This document shows, piece after piece, positions 8,948 to 19,175 of a stretch of 64,000 bases of DNA. Made by a program: the position numbers and the translations under genes. The notes under the pieces are model-generated. The model was not told the DNA's origin. It did not search any database and saw only the letters and a list, made by a program, of their open reading frames with translations. Origin of the DNA: Pseudomonadota bacterium (GTDB lineage: Bacteria > Pseudomonadota > Gammaproteobacteria > Pseudomonadales > Pseudohongiellaceae). How positions within the stretch are numbered: the first letter of the stretch is position 1; each line of letters opens with the position of its first letter. Location: assembly GCA_040386995.1 (NCBI GenBank), contig JAZKES010000036.1, positions 18,809-82,808 on the forward strand, in the 5' to 3' direction.

Positions 8948-9349
8948 ATGCAAGTGCGCGATTTCATGACATGCAAGGTTGTGTGTGTTGAGCTCGACGA
9001 TACGCTGAACGTGGTCAAAGAGATCTTCGACAATACGCGCTTTCACCACCTGCTCGTCGTTGATAATCACAAACTACGCGGAGTGATTTCTGATCGGGAC
9101 TTGCTCAAGGCCATCAGTCCGAATATTGGTCTAGCGTCAGAAACTGAACGCGACACTGCCACTCTGAAAAAACACGCCCATCAGATCATGAGCCGCAACA
9201 TCGTGACACTCCAACCCAATGCGAGTCTCGAGGATGTAGTGGATGTGTTTACCTGCTGCCGGATTTCCTGTGTGCCGATCATTGATCAACACGGAAATGT
9301 CGAGGGAATTGTTTCCTGGCGGGATCTGCTGCAGTTTGTGCGCGAATGA
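8948..9349 (+). CDS. CBS-pair domain protein (stand-alone)
   Basis: Two CBS repeats are visible (MTCKVVCVELDDTLNVVKEIF...GVISDRDLL and IMSRNIVTLQPNASLEDVVDVF...GIVSWRDLL). I prefer the ATG at 8948, preceded by GAGG at 8937-8940, over the longer ORF starting at 8888. Confidence 0.75.
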   Translation: MQVRDFMTCKVVCVELDDTLNVVKEIFDNTRFHHLLVVDNHKLRGVISDRDLLKAISPNIGLASETERDTATLKKHAHQIMSRNIVTLQPNASLEDVVDVFTCCRISCVPIIDQHGNVEGIVSWRDLLQFVRE

Positions 9350-9476
9350 CTGGCGTATCACTGAGCTTTCGATAGGACCACCATTACATTCCTCAATCTT
9401 TATGGATGTATGCGGCATTCAAACAGTTTGACCTGACCTGATTTATATCAGCGAGTACGTCCTTGCTTCCATGCTG

Positions 9477-11639
9477 TCAGGCAAGCATGTCAGCTGGTCT
9501 CTCCCTCATCGCAGCTATTTTTTCGAACTCAGTTACTGTTAGCGGAAAGCTATAGTAGAAACCCTGGATAAGGTCGCAACCAATGTTGCGAAGAAAGTCG
9601 ACCTGATATTGCGTCTCGACACCTTCAGCCACGACCTTCAGGTTGAGGTTGTGCGCCATCGAAATAATGGCGCGGTAAATTGCTCTATGATTGCTTTCTG
9701 TATCGACACCTGTGATAAAAGAACGGTCAATCTTGAGTGTTGAGAACTGCATGCTTTTCAGACAGTCCATGTTGGAATAACCGCTGCCGAAATCATCTAT
9801 GGCGATAACCAGGCCGAGTGCTTTCATCTCGCTTATTGTATGCAGGAATTGCTTTTTATCCCGCGCCAGACAATTTTCAGTGATTTCTATCTCCAGCAAA
9901 TCCGGACTCACGTTATAACGTTCCAGCGTGGACTTGATGTTGTCTATCAGGTCAGGCTGATTGAATTGGCGTGGTGAAATATTTATCGCAACAGGCAGCT
10001 GTGGCAGACCACGCGCTTTCCAGTCAGCCAGCTGCTGGCAAACCGTATCAAGTACCCATGCACCCAACGGCTCGATAAGCCCGCTGCTTTCAGCGACGGG
10101 TATAAAACGTACCGGAGAAATGAAACCCGCCGGAGTATTCCAGCGTAACAAAGCTTCAGCTTTTACGATGCGGCCGTTCGACGGTGAAAAAATAGGCTGG
10201 TAATAAACTTCAAATTGTTTGCCGATGATTGCTTGCCTGAGCTGATGTTCCAGCTCGTGGTTCTCCATCACAATGCGATTAAATTCCTCGGTAAAAAATT
10301 GATAGTTGTTGCGACCGGTATCCTTGGCCTGATACATCGCGATATCCGCATGTTTGAGCAGCGTATCGGTATCCATGCCATCAGCTGGATGCAGGCTGAT
10401 GCCAACGCTGCAGCTCACAATAAATTCACGATCGCCAAGTGAACACGGCTTGCGAACCTCAGCGAGGATGCGCTCAATGATGTGGGCGACAAAATCGTAT
10501 TCATGACGGATGTCGGGGAGCAGCAATACAAATTCATCACCACCGATGCGAGCAACGGTATCTGAGTCACGCAAGCAGCTCTGCAGGCGCCCTGCCACTT
10601 TCCTGATCAGAATATCGCCCGCCGCATGACCCATGGTGTCGTTGACTGCCTTGAAATGGTCCAGATCGATGAATACCACGGCAAAGGAAGATCCGGTTTT
10701 ACCGGCGTTCAATATTGCTGTCTCGATACGCTCGGAAAGTAGCGCTCTATTGGGTAAGCCGGTGAGCACGTCGTGCGTCGCCTGGTGCGCGATCCGCTGT
10801 TCATATTGCTTGCGCGCGGTGACATCTTCGACAGTGCCTTCGTAATACAGTACTTCGCCAGCCAGCCCATACACCACATGAGCATTTTCGGAAATCCAGA
10901 TAATGGTGTGATCTTTCTTGTAAACCTGGGACTCAAAGTTGGTAACAGTGTTGTTACGTTTTATGAGTTCGGCAAATTCATTGCGCCTGCGCGGATCGAC
11001 ATACAACTGCTTGCCGATGTTATCGAGTGCATTCACCAGTTCAGCAGGAGAATCGTAGCCGTAGATTGAAGCCAATGCAGGATTCACTTCGAGATACTGG
11101 CCACTCGCTGTTGTCTGGAAGATGCCTTCGTTGGCATTTTCGAAAATGCTGCGATAGCGATGTTCGGCAGCACTCAGTGCGTTTTCGTGCTGGTGCCGCT
11201 GCGTGATGTCCTGGATAAAACCATGAATCATTTGGGACTGGCCAGGCGTGTGACTTAACGACGAGCCACGCTCCCACACCCACTTTATGGAACCATCGGC
11301 ATGTAATATCCGATACTCGAGATTAAACGTGGTATTGGCTTCCAAGGCCCTGTTCACTTCCTCGCGCACCCTTTCTCGATCATGAGGATGGGTAATGCTG
11401 TCATACGAAATATGCGCGTTTTCCAATAGTTCAGCAGGGCTGTAGCCAGTGAGATGTTTGCAGCCTTCACTGACAAATTCCATGGTCCAGTGTTCGTCAT
11501 TGCGGCAGCGATACACCATGCCATCAAGCTCGGATAGAAGCATCTCGAGCATTTGTTCTCGTTCTGGCTTTTCGCTAATGGGGCGCATGCTGACCTGTTG
11601 AAGGCCCTGGGCCCGGCAGATTTTCACTGAACTGTTCAT
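9477..11639 (-). CDS. PAS/PAC-PAS-GGDEF-EAL signalling protein (c-di-GMP turnover)
   Basis: 720 aa with two PAS-like N-terminal modules. It carries GGDEF (RIGGDEFVLLL) and EAL (KAEALLRW, DDFGSGYS) motifs. Confidence 0.85.
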   Translation of the reverse strand: MNSSVKICRAQGLQQVSMRPISEKPEREQMLEMLLSELDGMVYRCRNDEHWTMEFVSEGCKHLTGYSPAELLENAHISYDSITHPHDRERVREEVNRALEANTTFNLEYRILHADGSIKWVWERGSSLSHTPGQSQMIHGFIQDITQRHQHENALSAAEHRYRSIFENANEGIFQTTASGQYLEVNPALASIYGYDSPAELVNALDNIGKQLYVDPRRRNEFAELIKRNNTVTNFESQVYKKDHTIIWISENAHVVYGLAGEVLYYEGTVEDVTARKQYEQRIAHQATHDVLTGLPNRALLSERIETAILNAGKTGSSFAVVFIDLDHFKAVNDTMGHAAGDILIRKVAGRLQSCLRDSDTVARIGGDEFVLLLPDIRHEYDFVAHIIERILAEVRKPCSLGDREFIVSCSVGISLHPADGMDTDTLLKHADIAMYQAKDTGRNNYQFFTEEFNRIVMENHELEHQLRQAIIGKQFEVYYQPIFSPSNGRIVKAEALLRWNTPAGFISPVRFIPVAESSGLIEPLGAWVLDTVCQQLADWKARGLPQLPVAINISPRQFNQPDLIDNIKSTLERYNVSPDLLEIEITENCLARDKKQFLHTISEMKALGLVIAIDDFGSGYSNMDCLKSMQFSTLKIDRSFITGVDTESNHRAIYRAIISMAHNLNLKVVAEGVETQYQVDFLRNIGCDLIQGFYYSFPLTVTEFEKIAAMRERPADMLA

Positions 11640-11917
11640 ACGTGATTTAGAACCATTAATCGTCTTTCATGAAGGTTGCAAAGTCCTTCTTATAAACGGC
11701 ATAAAGTCACTGAAACTAAAGGTTTTTTTTCGCCCCATGATAGGGCGTGACGCACTTTTTCAGGGCTTTAAACTACAGCTTTTATCAGGCTGGAATAGTC
11801 GAAAAAAACGAGGTGAGAATAGCAGTATCACTGCTGTGAGCAATCCGTACTTTTACGAAAATGTGGACTGGCGCAGATTCCAGCATGGATTTTTCAACGT
11901 TGGAACTTCGCTGGAAT

Positions 11918-11945
11918 CGGGCATGAACCGCTGAGTTCATGCCCG
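11918..11945. repeat. Perfect 11-bp inverted repeat (hairpin) just downstream of purL; no U-tract
   Basis: CGGGCATGAAC at 11918-11928, loop CGCTGA, GTTCATGCCCG at 11935-11945. It lies 29 nt past the purL stop on the minus strand. It may be a REP-like element or a stabiliser, or an intrinsic terminator lacking a U-run. Confidence 0.5.
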
Positions 11946-11973
11946 GCTTTAGCAAGGAAAGCTCCGAGGCGCC

Positions 11974-14900
11974 CTAGTTCAACCAGACGCGTGCATTGCG
12001 GAACATCCGCATGGTTGGACCATCTTCCTGCCACTCTTCAGGACGCCACGAGTTCGTCACTGCGCGGAATATTCGCTCAGGGTGTGGCATGAGAATCGTG
12101 AAACGTCCGTCGCTATTGCACAGACCTGCAATCCCTTGAGGAGAACCGTTCGGATTAGCGGGATACTGCTCAGTGATGCCGCCGTGGTTGTCCACGTATT
12201 GCATGGCTATCGTGCCGCTCTGCAATGCTGCCTGAAGGGCGTTATCACCGCTGAACTGAGCTCTCCCCTCGCCGTGGGCAACCGCGATCGGGAAACGTGA
12301 ACCTTGCATACCGGCCAACAGCACAGACGGAGTGTCCTGTACGGTGACCATGACGGTGCGACCCTCAAACTGCTCGGATGCGTTGCGGACAAAATGCGGC
12401 CAATGTTCAGTGCCCGGAATAAGCTCATGAAGGTTGGACATCATCTGGCAACCATTACAGATACCAAGCGCAAGTGTCGTCTGCCGATTAAAAAATTGTT
12501 CGAACTGCTGACGCGCGCGTGTGTTGAACAGAATCGACTTCGCCCAACCTTCACCTGCACCAAGCACGTCGCCGTACGAAAATCCTCCACACGCGGCAAA
12601 GGCGTTGAAATTTTCGAGAGTTATGCGGCCACTGATAATGTCGCTCATATGCACATCAACTGCTTCAAAACCCGCGCGGTGAAATGCGGCCGCCATTTCC
12701 ATCTGGCCATTCACACCCTGGTCCCGCAGGATCGCGATGCGTGGCTTCTCTCCCCTGCGAATATAAGGCGCAGCGATGTCTTCATTGATATCGAATGCAG
12801 GCGCAGCATGAAGGCCAGGATTGGCGTTATCGAGTATCTGGTCGTATTCCTGGCGGGCGCAGTCGGAATTATCACGCAGCGACTGCATCTGGTAACTCGT
12901 TTCAGCCCAGACACGTTGATAGTGCGTGCGAGTAGCCTGCAACACTGAGTTGTTCGCGAAACTAAAATTGATTGCGTCACCATCAACCGCGGTGCCTATT
13001 GCAAAACAGATATCGCCAAGTCCTTTGTCATCCGCCACTTCCCGGACCAGAGCCAGATTCGCATCGCTTACCTGCAGCACAACACCCAGTTCTTCTGTGA
13101 ACAGCGAATCGATTACCTGACCTGCACTTGTGATGTTGTCGAGCTTGATGTCGAGACCGCAGTGTCCCGCAAAAGCCATTTCCACCAGCGTGGTGAAGAG
13201 GCCACCATCGGAGCGGTCGTGATAGGCAAGCAGCAGGTCCTGTTCAAGGCATTCCTGAATGAAATCAAAAAAGCGCTTCAAATCGCTGGCACTGTGCAGA
13301 TCTGGAGCAACAGCACCGAGTTCACCATAAACCTGAGCCAGAGCGGATCCCCCGAGGCGATTAGAACCAAGACCCAGATCAACCAGCAGCAAAGTGGTCC
13401 GACCTTTATTAGTACGCAACTGAGGCGTAACTGTTTTACGCACATCAAGAACAGGTGCGAAGGCGGAAATAATCAGCGACAACGGCGCGGCCATGCTTTT
13501 TTTCTTGCCATCTGCGTCTTCCCAGACAGTACGCATCGACATCGAATCCTTGCCAACCGGAATGGTGATACCGAGTTCCGGGCACAATTCCATGGCCACG
13601 GCGTTAACCGTTGCATACAACTTTTGATCCTCGCCCGGATAACCTGCCGCAGCCATCCAGTTGGCCGACAGGCGCACATCGCTGAGCTTCTCGATACGCG
13701 CAGAAGCGATATTTGTTATTGCTTCAGCAATAGCCATGCGTCCTGACGCTGGTGCACTTAGCAGGGCGAGCGGTGTGCGCTCACCCATGGCCATCGCCTC
13801 ACCTTTATACGTGTCATACGCAAGAGTCGTGACTGCCGCATCTGCCACTGGTACTTGCCAGGGACCGACCATCTGCTCGCGCGCAATCATACCGGTGATA
13901 GAACGATCACCGATCGTGATAAGAAAACTTTTGCTCGCCACTGCTGGCAGTCGCAATACGCGCTCCGCGGCTTCTGCGAGGTTGATATCGCGCGTCGAAA
14001 AACTCTTGAAGCCCGTTCGCAAAGTTGTTGCGGTGCGATGCATTTTTGGTGGCTTGCCGAACAGCAATGACATTGGCATGTCGATTGGCTGATTATTGAA
14101 ATGGCTATCCGCCAGACTCAGATGCTGTTCCGCCCTTGCCTCACCTACGACGGCGAATGGACAACGCTCACGTGCGCAGATCCGCGTGAAACGTTCAAGT
14201 TCCGCAGGTGCAACTGCAAGTACATAGCGCTCCTGAGCTTCGTTGCACCAGATTTCGAGTGGCGACATTTGCGCTTCAGCTATCGGAATATCACGCAGAT
14301 TAAATTGTCCGCCGCGCTCACCATCTTTCACGAGTTCGGGCAACGCATTGGAAAGTCCGCCTGCACCAACATCATGAATAAAGCAGATTGGATTGCGATC
14401 ACCAAGGGCCCAGCATTTATCGATTACTTCCTGGCAGCGACGCTCCATCTCTGCGTTGTCGCGTTGTACGGAAGCAAAGTCGAGATCAAGCGCACTTGAA
14501 CCCGCAGCCATTGAAGAAGCCGCACCGCCGCCCAAACCGATAAGCATGGCGGGACCGCCGAGGACGATTAGTTTGGCGCCAACAGGTATCTCTTTCTTTT
14601 CCACGTGCCCAGCACGGATGTTGCCGTATCCACCGGCTATCATAATGGGTTTATGATAGCCGCGGATTTCAGTGACGTTGGGATCCGCAATAGCGGCCTG
14701 CGCGGTTTGCATTTCGAAAGTCCGGAAATATCCGCATAAATTGGGACGACCGTATTCATTGTTGAAAGCAGCACCACCAATAGGCCCCTCGATCATGATG
14801 TCCAGCGCTGAGGCAATGTGGCCGGGTTTGCCAAAATCGGTTTCCCAGGGTTGCACAAAGCCCGGTATTTTCAGGTTAGATACAGTAAAACCTGTTAGAC

Positions 14901-15894
14901 CCGCTTTCGGCTTGGCGCCAATACCTGTCGCGCCTTCATCACGAATTTCACCACCCGATCCTGTCGCTGCACCAGGATACGGCGCGATGGCAGTCGGGTG
15001 ATTATGGGTTTCCACCTTGATCAGTACATGTATCGGTTCGGGATGATAGTTATAGGTATTGCTTTCTGGGTCGGGGAAAAAACGTCCGGCGGTAAAACCT
15101 GTAAAAACTGCGGCGTTGTCCTTGTACGCAGACAATATGCCTTTGCTGTTACAGGCATAGGTATTGCGAATCATGCCAAATAACGAGCGCTCTTCTGCGC
15201 GACCATCAATGGTCCAGTCAGCGTTGAAAATTTTATGCCGGCAATGTTCGGAATTGGCTTGCGCAAACATCATCAGTTCAATGTCGTTAGGATTACGGCC
15301 GAGCTCCTTAAAGCTGTGCAGCAGATAATCCATTTCGTCGTCGGCTAACGCCAAGCCCAGTTTCTGGTTGGCATTGGACAAAGCAGTTTTACCTTGTTTG
15401 ATGACATCTACGGTCGACAGCGCTTCAGGCTCGGCGGTCGCAAACAGCTGCGCCGCTGCAGCCAGTTCGGGTAACACGGCCTGTGTCATGCGGTCGTGCA
15501 GTAAGGACGAAAGTATCGCGCTGTCGGCTTTATTCACACCTGCGATGCGATAACTAACCCCACGTTCCAGCCGGCGAATTTTGCCGAGTCCGCAATTGTG
15601 GACAATGTCAGTCGCCTTGCTGGACCACGGTGAAATGGTGCCTTGTCTCGGCACTACGAGATATTCAGCAATTTCGCCAGGCATGGCACTGCTCGTCTGA
15701 CCATCCTCAGGACCATACCGCAGCAGTCGCGCCAGCAAAGCTGTTTCTTCCGGGCTCAGCGGACTTTGCAGATCGACAAAGTGAATCCAGGTACTTTCGA
15801 GACTTGTCACATCGGGGAAGTGCGACTTGAGCTTGTGTAGGAGCTTGTTACGGGCAAAAGCAGAGAGCGCTGGTGCGCCAGGCAGAATCAGCAT
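11974..15894 (-). CDS. purL: Phosphoribosylformylglycinamidine synthase (single-chain large PurL)
   Basis: About 1306 aa from the internal start [11 protein letters not shown] (the ORF track extends to 15957). It has the full FGAM synthase architecture with a C-terminal glutaminase (GICNGCQMM). Confidence 0.95.
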   Translation of the reverse strand: MLILPGAPALSAFARNKLLHKLKSHFPDVTSLESTWIHFVDLQSPLSPEETALLARLLRYGPEDGQTSSAMPGEIAEYLVVPRQGTISPWSSKATDIVHNCGLGKIRRLERGVSYRIAGVNKADSAILSSLLHDRMTQAVLPELAAAAQLFATAEPEALSTVDVIKQGKTALSNANQKLGLALADDEMDYLLHSFKELGRNPNDIELMMFAQANSEHCRHKIFNADWTIDGRAEERSLFGMIRNTYACNSKGILSAYKDNAAVFTGFTAGRFFPDPESNTYNYHPEPIHVLIKVETHNHPTAIAPYPGAATGSGGEIRDEGATGIGAKPKAGLTGFTVSNLKIPGFVQPWETDFGKPGHIASALDIMIEGPIGGAAFNNEYGRPNLCGYFRTFEMQTAQAAIADPNVTEIRGYHKPIMIAGGYGNIRAGHVEKKEIPVGAKLIVLGGPAMLIGLGGGAASSMAAGSSALDLDFASVQRDNAEMERRCQEVIDKCWALGDRNPICFIHDVGAGGLSNALPELVKDGERGGQFNLRDIPIAEAQMSPLEIWCNEAQERYVLAVAPAELERFTRICARERCPFAVVGEARAEQHLSLADSHFNNQPIDMPMSLLFGKPPKMHRTATTLRTGFKSFSTRDINLAEAAERVLRLPAVASKSFLITIGDRSITGMIAREQMVGPWQVPVADAAVTTLAYDTYKGEAMAMGERTPLALLSAPASGRMAIAEAITNIASARIEKLSDVRLSANWMAAAGYPGEDQKLYATVNAVAMELCPELGITIPVGKDSMSMRTVWEDADGKKKSMAAPLSLIISAFAPVLDVRKTVTPQLRTNKGRTTLLLVDLGLGSNRLGGSALAQVYGELGAVAPDLHSASDLKRFFDFIQECLEQDLLLAYHDRSDGGLFTTLVEMAFAGHCGLDIKLDNITSAGQVIDSLFTEELGVVLQVSDANLALVREVADDKGLGDICFAIGTAVDGDAINFSFANNSVLQATRTHYQRVWAETSYQMQSLRDNSDCARQEYDQILDNANPGLHAAPAFDINEDIAAPYIRRGEKPRIAILRDQGVNGQMEMAAAFHRAGFEAVDVHMSDIISGRITLENFNAFAACGGFSYGDVLGAGEGWAKSILFNTRARQQFEQFFNRQTTLALGICNGCQMMSNLHELIPGTEHWPHFVRNASEQFEGRTVMVTVQDTPSVLLAGMQGSRFPIAVAHGEGRAQFSGDNALQAALQSGTIAMQYVDNHGGITEQYPANPNGSPQGIAGLCNSDGRFTILMPHPERIFRAVTNSWRPEEWQEDGPTMRMFRNARVWLN

Positions 15895-16308
15895 CTTGTT
15901 ACGAGCCTGAGTATGAGGAATGCATGCAGGGTAAGACGGCCCGCATTTTAATGGCATTGAAATGATAATGACAGGTAAAAAGCCTTTGACTCGGGATGAT
16001 CATTTCTCCAGCGTGTCGCCGCTTGCACGAGGTGTAGCGGCTACCTGGTTGCACGAAAACCGTCGCAACACCTTTCCATCGCACCAAATAAGAACAGCAA
16101 CAAAATATATGCTCAATTATGGTGCGCATCAGTGGATCTATATGGGGCTTTTGCTAAGTCTTTATAAGATTTCATCGTAATTTTTTTCACGTTTTCAACC
16201 ACATATCTGAGTTGGCGTACTCCTTGCTAGGTGGGGGCATAAGGAAGTTTAGTATTTCCTTAACCCAGACATAAGAAATGTCGTAAAAAAACTCTCGAGG
16301 AGAAATGC

Positions 16309-17058
16309 ATGAAACACAAATTGCTCACCGCAGCTATATCGGCAGCTGCGCTGCTCGCAACATCTTCCAGCTTTGCCCAATTAACAGGCAACGCTAGCGT
16401 AACAAATAATTACATCTGGCGCGGTCTTACCCAAACGATCAATGAAGCAGCTGTGCAAGGCGGAGTAGACTGGGCATCTGACAGCGGTCTTTACGTCGGC
16501 ACTTGGGTATCTAACGTGTCCTACGATTCTGACGATGCTTACTCTTATGAGCACGACATGTATTTCGGTTTTGCTGGCGGCGAAGACGTTACTTACAACG
16601 TTGGCTACCTGTATTACAACTACGACGAAAATGCTGGTTTCGACTTTGGCGAAACTTTTGTGAAACTTGGTTTCGGTAACTTTCTGGCACAGGCTTATTT
16701 TCTGACCAATGCAGAGCCAGATGAAACAGACCTTGGCCGTCCGGACTGGGATTTTGAAGCATTCGGTACCTATTACCTGTCAGGCGACTACAGCATTCCG
16801 CTTGCTAGTGGCGCGACTATCGGTCTTCACTTGGGCTATCACGACGGTGACTTCGCAGAAGCATTCAATGGCGTGACCGAATCTTACCTGGATTACAACG
16901 TCAGCATCGCGAAAGATGGTTTCAGCTTCATGGTAACTGCTACCGATCTTGATGACGACGGCGACGGCGACGGCGTAGAAGATTATGCCAGCATGCCTGC
17001 CCGTGATAATGATGAAGTGAAATTCGTAGTAGGTTACAAACTCAATTTCGAATTGTAA
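16309..17058 (+). CDS. TorF-family putative outer-membrane porin
   Basis: Signal peptide ending SSFAQ. The N-terminal LTGNASVTNNYIWRGLTQT signature matches the gcw_chp/TorF family. Beta-strand-like alternation is present and the C-terminus is aromatic-rich (YKLNFEL). Confidence 0.7.
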   Translation: MKHKLLTAAISAAALLATSSSFAQLTGNASVTNNYIWRGLTQTINEAAVQGGVDWASDSGLYVGTWVSNVSYDSDDAYSYEHDMYFGFAGGEDVTYNVGYLYYNYDENAGFDFGETFVKLGFGNFLAQAYFLTNAEPDETDLGRPDWDFEAFGTYYLSGDYSIPLASGATIGLHLGYHDGDFAEAFNGVTESYLDYNVSIAKDGFSFMVTATDLDDDGDGDGVEDYASMPARDNDEVKFVVGYKLNFEL

Positions 17059-17133
17059 TTTCGCAAGGCGTTAACCTCTCCCCCCTTGCAGGTGGTTTAT
17101 CAAGTTAAGCTTGTAGCTTACCTGCAATTTTTA

Positions 17134-17164
17134 GCCGATGTCCCCAGGACATCGGCTTTTTTTT
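17134..17164 (+). terminator. Rho-independent terminator of the porin gene
   Basis: GCCGATGTC at 17134-17142, loop CCCAG, GACATCGGC at 17148-17156, then eight T at 17157-17164. Confidence 0.85.
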
Positions 17165-17188
17165 GCTTACCAGATTCGCCGTCATCAA

Positions 17189-17707
17189 TCACGATTTCGG
17201 CTGTAAAACTGTCTTCTTCTGCTCGCGGCGATACTGAAAAAACTCACTGATCAATTGCCCACACTGCTCCGCCAGAACGCCCTGTTGATAAGAAATCGTG
17301 TGATTGAAATTCTCTCCATCCAGCAAATGGAAACGGCTACACACTGCGCCTGCCTTGGGTTCAGACGCACCAAACACGAGACGTTTTATGCGTGCATGAA
17401 TCAGTGCTCCTACACACATCGTGCAAGGCTCTAGAGTGACGTACAACGTAGTTTCAGGCACACGATAGTTGCTGACCGTTTGCGCGGCATGCCGCAGTGC
17501 GACAACTTCCGCATGCGCTGTTGGATCGTTGCTGCTGATTGGTTGGTTGAAGCCCTGACCTATCAGTTCGTCATTCAAAACCAGCACAGCACCAACTGGC
17601 ACCTCTCCAATGGCTTTGGCTTGTTGTGCCAAGGTTAATGCCTGGATCATCCAGTATTCATCGCGGTCTGACATAGAGGAGAAAATTGATAGCTGATTTT
17701 TATGCAA
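17189..17707 (-). CDS. tadA: tRNA adenosine(34) deaminase
   Basis: HAEVVALR and PCTMCVGAL zinc-binding deaminase motifs. The real start is probably the ATG at 17674 (MSDRDEYW) rather than the TTG at 17707. Confidence 0.9.
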   Translation of the reverse strand: MHKNQLSIFSSMSDRDEYWMIQALTLAQQAKAIGEVPVGAVLVLNDELIGQGFNQPISSNDPTAHAEVVALRHAAQTVSNYRVPETTLYVTLEPCTMCVGALIHARIKRLVFGASEPKAGAVCSRFHLLDGENFNHTISYQQGVLAEQCGQLISEFFQYRREQKKTVLQPKS

Positions 17708-17958
17708 ATTTTACCAGCTAAAATGCTGCCCACGACAAAGTATCTGACTATGGTTTGCCGAGGTTTATGGATAACAGTGTTGCGGGGTTAACAGAGAGAG
17801 ATGTTAAACAGATGATAAAACTTCTGGCTCTCCGCTATTTTTATCACGATTTTCGCGACTATTTTCGCCACCATTTACGCCACTACCAGAGCCCGCTTAT
17901 TTGCGGGAATTAAGAAGAGTTCGAAGGAAGCACGAGAAGAAGGCAGCAGCGTTGCGAT

Positions 17959-18906
17959 CTATTTAACAGTTAACGTCTGGCCAACCTGAAGAATGTCGCT
18001 GGCCAAACCATTTTTCGCTGCTAATGCGTCAGTGGTAGTGCCATAAAGCTTGGCAATACGCCAAAGCGTTTCTCCGCGCTTGACGCGATGTGTCGACACC
18101 GTAGCTGCCGCTATCTGATTAGTAACCGCAGCTGGTGTTGGTACTGGCGCCGCCACTACCGATGCAACGGCAGCGACATTTGCCGGAACCGTGTCAGCCG
18201 CACGAACCTGTAACTTCTGCCCAACCTGAATAATATCGTTACGAATGCCATTCATCGAACGCAGCTGCGCAACGCTGGTACCAGTTGCAGACGAAATCCG
18301 GGACAGCGTATCACCGCGTCTTACGATGTATTCCTGGGTCGTTGTAGCCATGGTAACCACGTACTGCTCGTAAGTGTCGGGGAATACCGCAACGTGATAG
18401 TGAGGAGGACGGCGCTCGCGCGTAACGTCCAGAACGTCGTCGCCCTCCATAGCAAGCAGATAATTTTCAAGCCATGTTCGGCATTTCTGCTTGGGCGGAA
18501 TTCTCAAGTCTACTGCCATGCCAGTGGGATGGACCGAATCGCTCGAAGCGTTGGCGGGCTGGCGATCAATTGGTCGCGTTAAACTCGTAACTGTTAATTT
18601 TTCGCCGCAAGCAACACGGTACTCTGCACTCAGACGTTCAATGAAAGCTTTAACCGGAGGGCGCGCGAAAGGGTAGGACACATCATGCAATTCAAAATTT
18701 TTGCTGTTTTTGACTTCGACCAGATCACCGGCATCGACAAGACCAGCGACAACTTTTGAGGTCTTCACGAATGTATAACCTTGTTTGATAGCTATCTGAT
18801 TCTGCCGCTCCATGGAGGAACGAGAACCCTTGAGAGTTTGGGCATGGCCGGGATTGCAGATGGCCAGAAGAATGGTTGCTGCCAATGCGAGAGTTAAACC
18901 TTGCAT
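17959..18906 (-). CDS. Secreted LAS-type (M15-like) metallopeptidase domain fused to two C-terminal LysM domains
   Basis: A signal peptide is present. H-x6-D (HPTGMAVD) and H-x-H (HYH) resemble LAS zinc-peptidase motifs. There are two LysM repeats (YIVRRGDTLSRIS... and HRVKRGETLWRIA...). Confidence 0.6.
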   Translation of the reverse strand: MQGLTLALAATILLAICNPGHAQTLKGSRSSMERQNQIAIKQGYTFVKTSKVVAGLVDAGDLVEVKNSKNFELHDVSYPFARPPVKAFIERLSAEYRVACGEKLTVTSLTRPIDRQPANASSDSVHPTGMAVDLRIPPKQKCRTWLENYLLAMEGDDVLDVTRERRPPHYHVAVFPDTYEQYVVTMATTTQEYIVRRGDTLSRISSATGTSVAQLRSMNGIRNDIIQVGQKLQVRAADTVPANVAAVASVVAAPVPTPAAVTNQIAAATVSTHRVKRGETLWRIAKLYGTTTDALAAKNGLASDILQVGQTLTVK

Positions 18907-19175
18907 GTCACATGCCCTACAAGACGCCGATTATTATTTAACTTGCACGACACGGTGTTTCGCTTCATTTAAGACCGTGCTTCCGTGTATACGCATACCA
19001 CTTAGTATATCTTTGATTTTTTTTATGAAAATAGTTTTCTACCTAAATAAAGCCTTTTTTAGGTATTTTAATGAAATGATCGACTGATTACATCGACGGT
19101 TACTGATTTATAAACGGGATCTTCAGCAATGAAGCGTCGGATAGACACACAGCTCAAAACTCGCGGTGCGTGCTT

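Noticed and set aside
12304-12948. 214-aa plus-strand ORF, together with many other 60-200-aa ORFs antisense to purL, dabA (for example 4214-4780), bamB (29363-29878), guaB (21351-21896), xseA (22750-23241) and SulP (1794-2279)
   Set aside because: All of them lie inside and antisense to long, confidently identified genes. They lack motifs and are typical shadow ORFs.
17767-17916. 49-aa ORF (MDNSVAGLTERDVKQMIKLLALRYFYHDFRDYFRHHLRHYQSPLICGN) in the tadA/LysM-gene spacer
   Set aside because: The GAGG sits only about 3 nt from the ATG. There is no recognisable family and no terminator. It cannot be supported from sequence alone.
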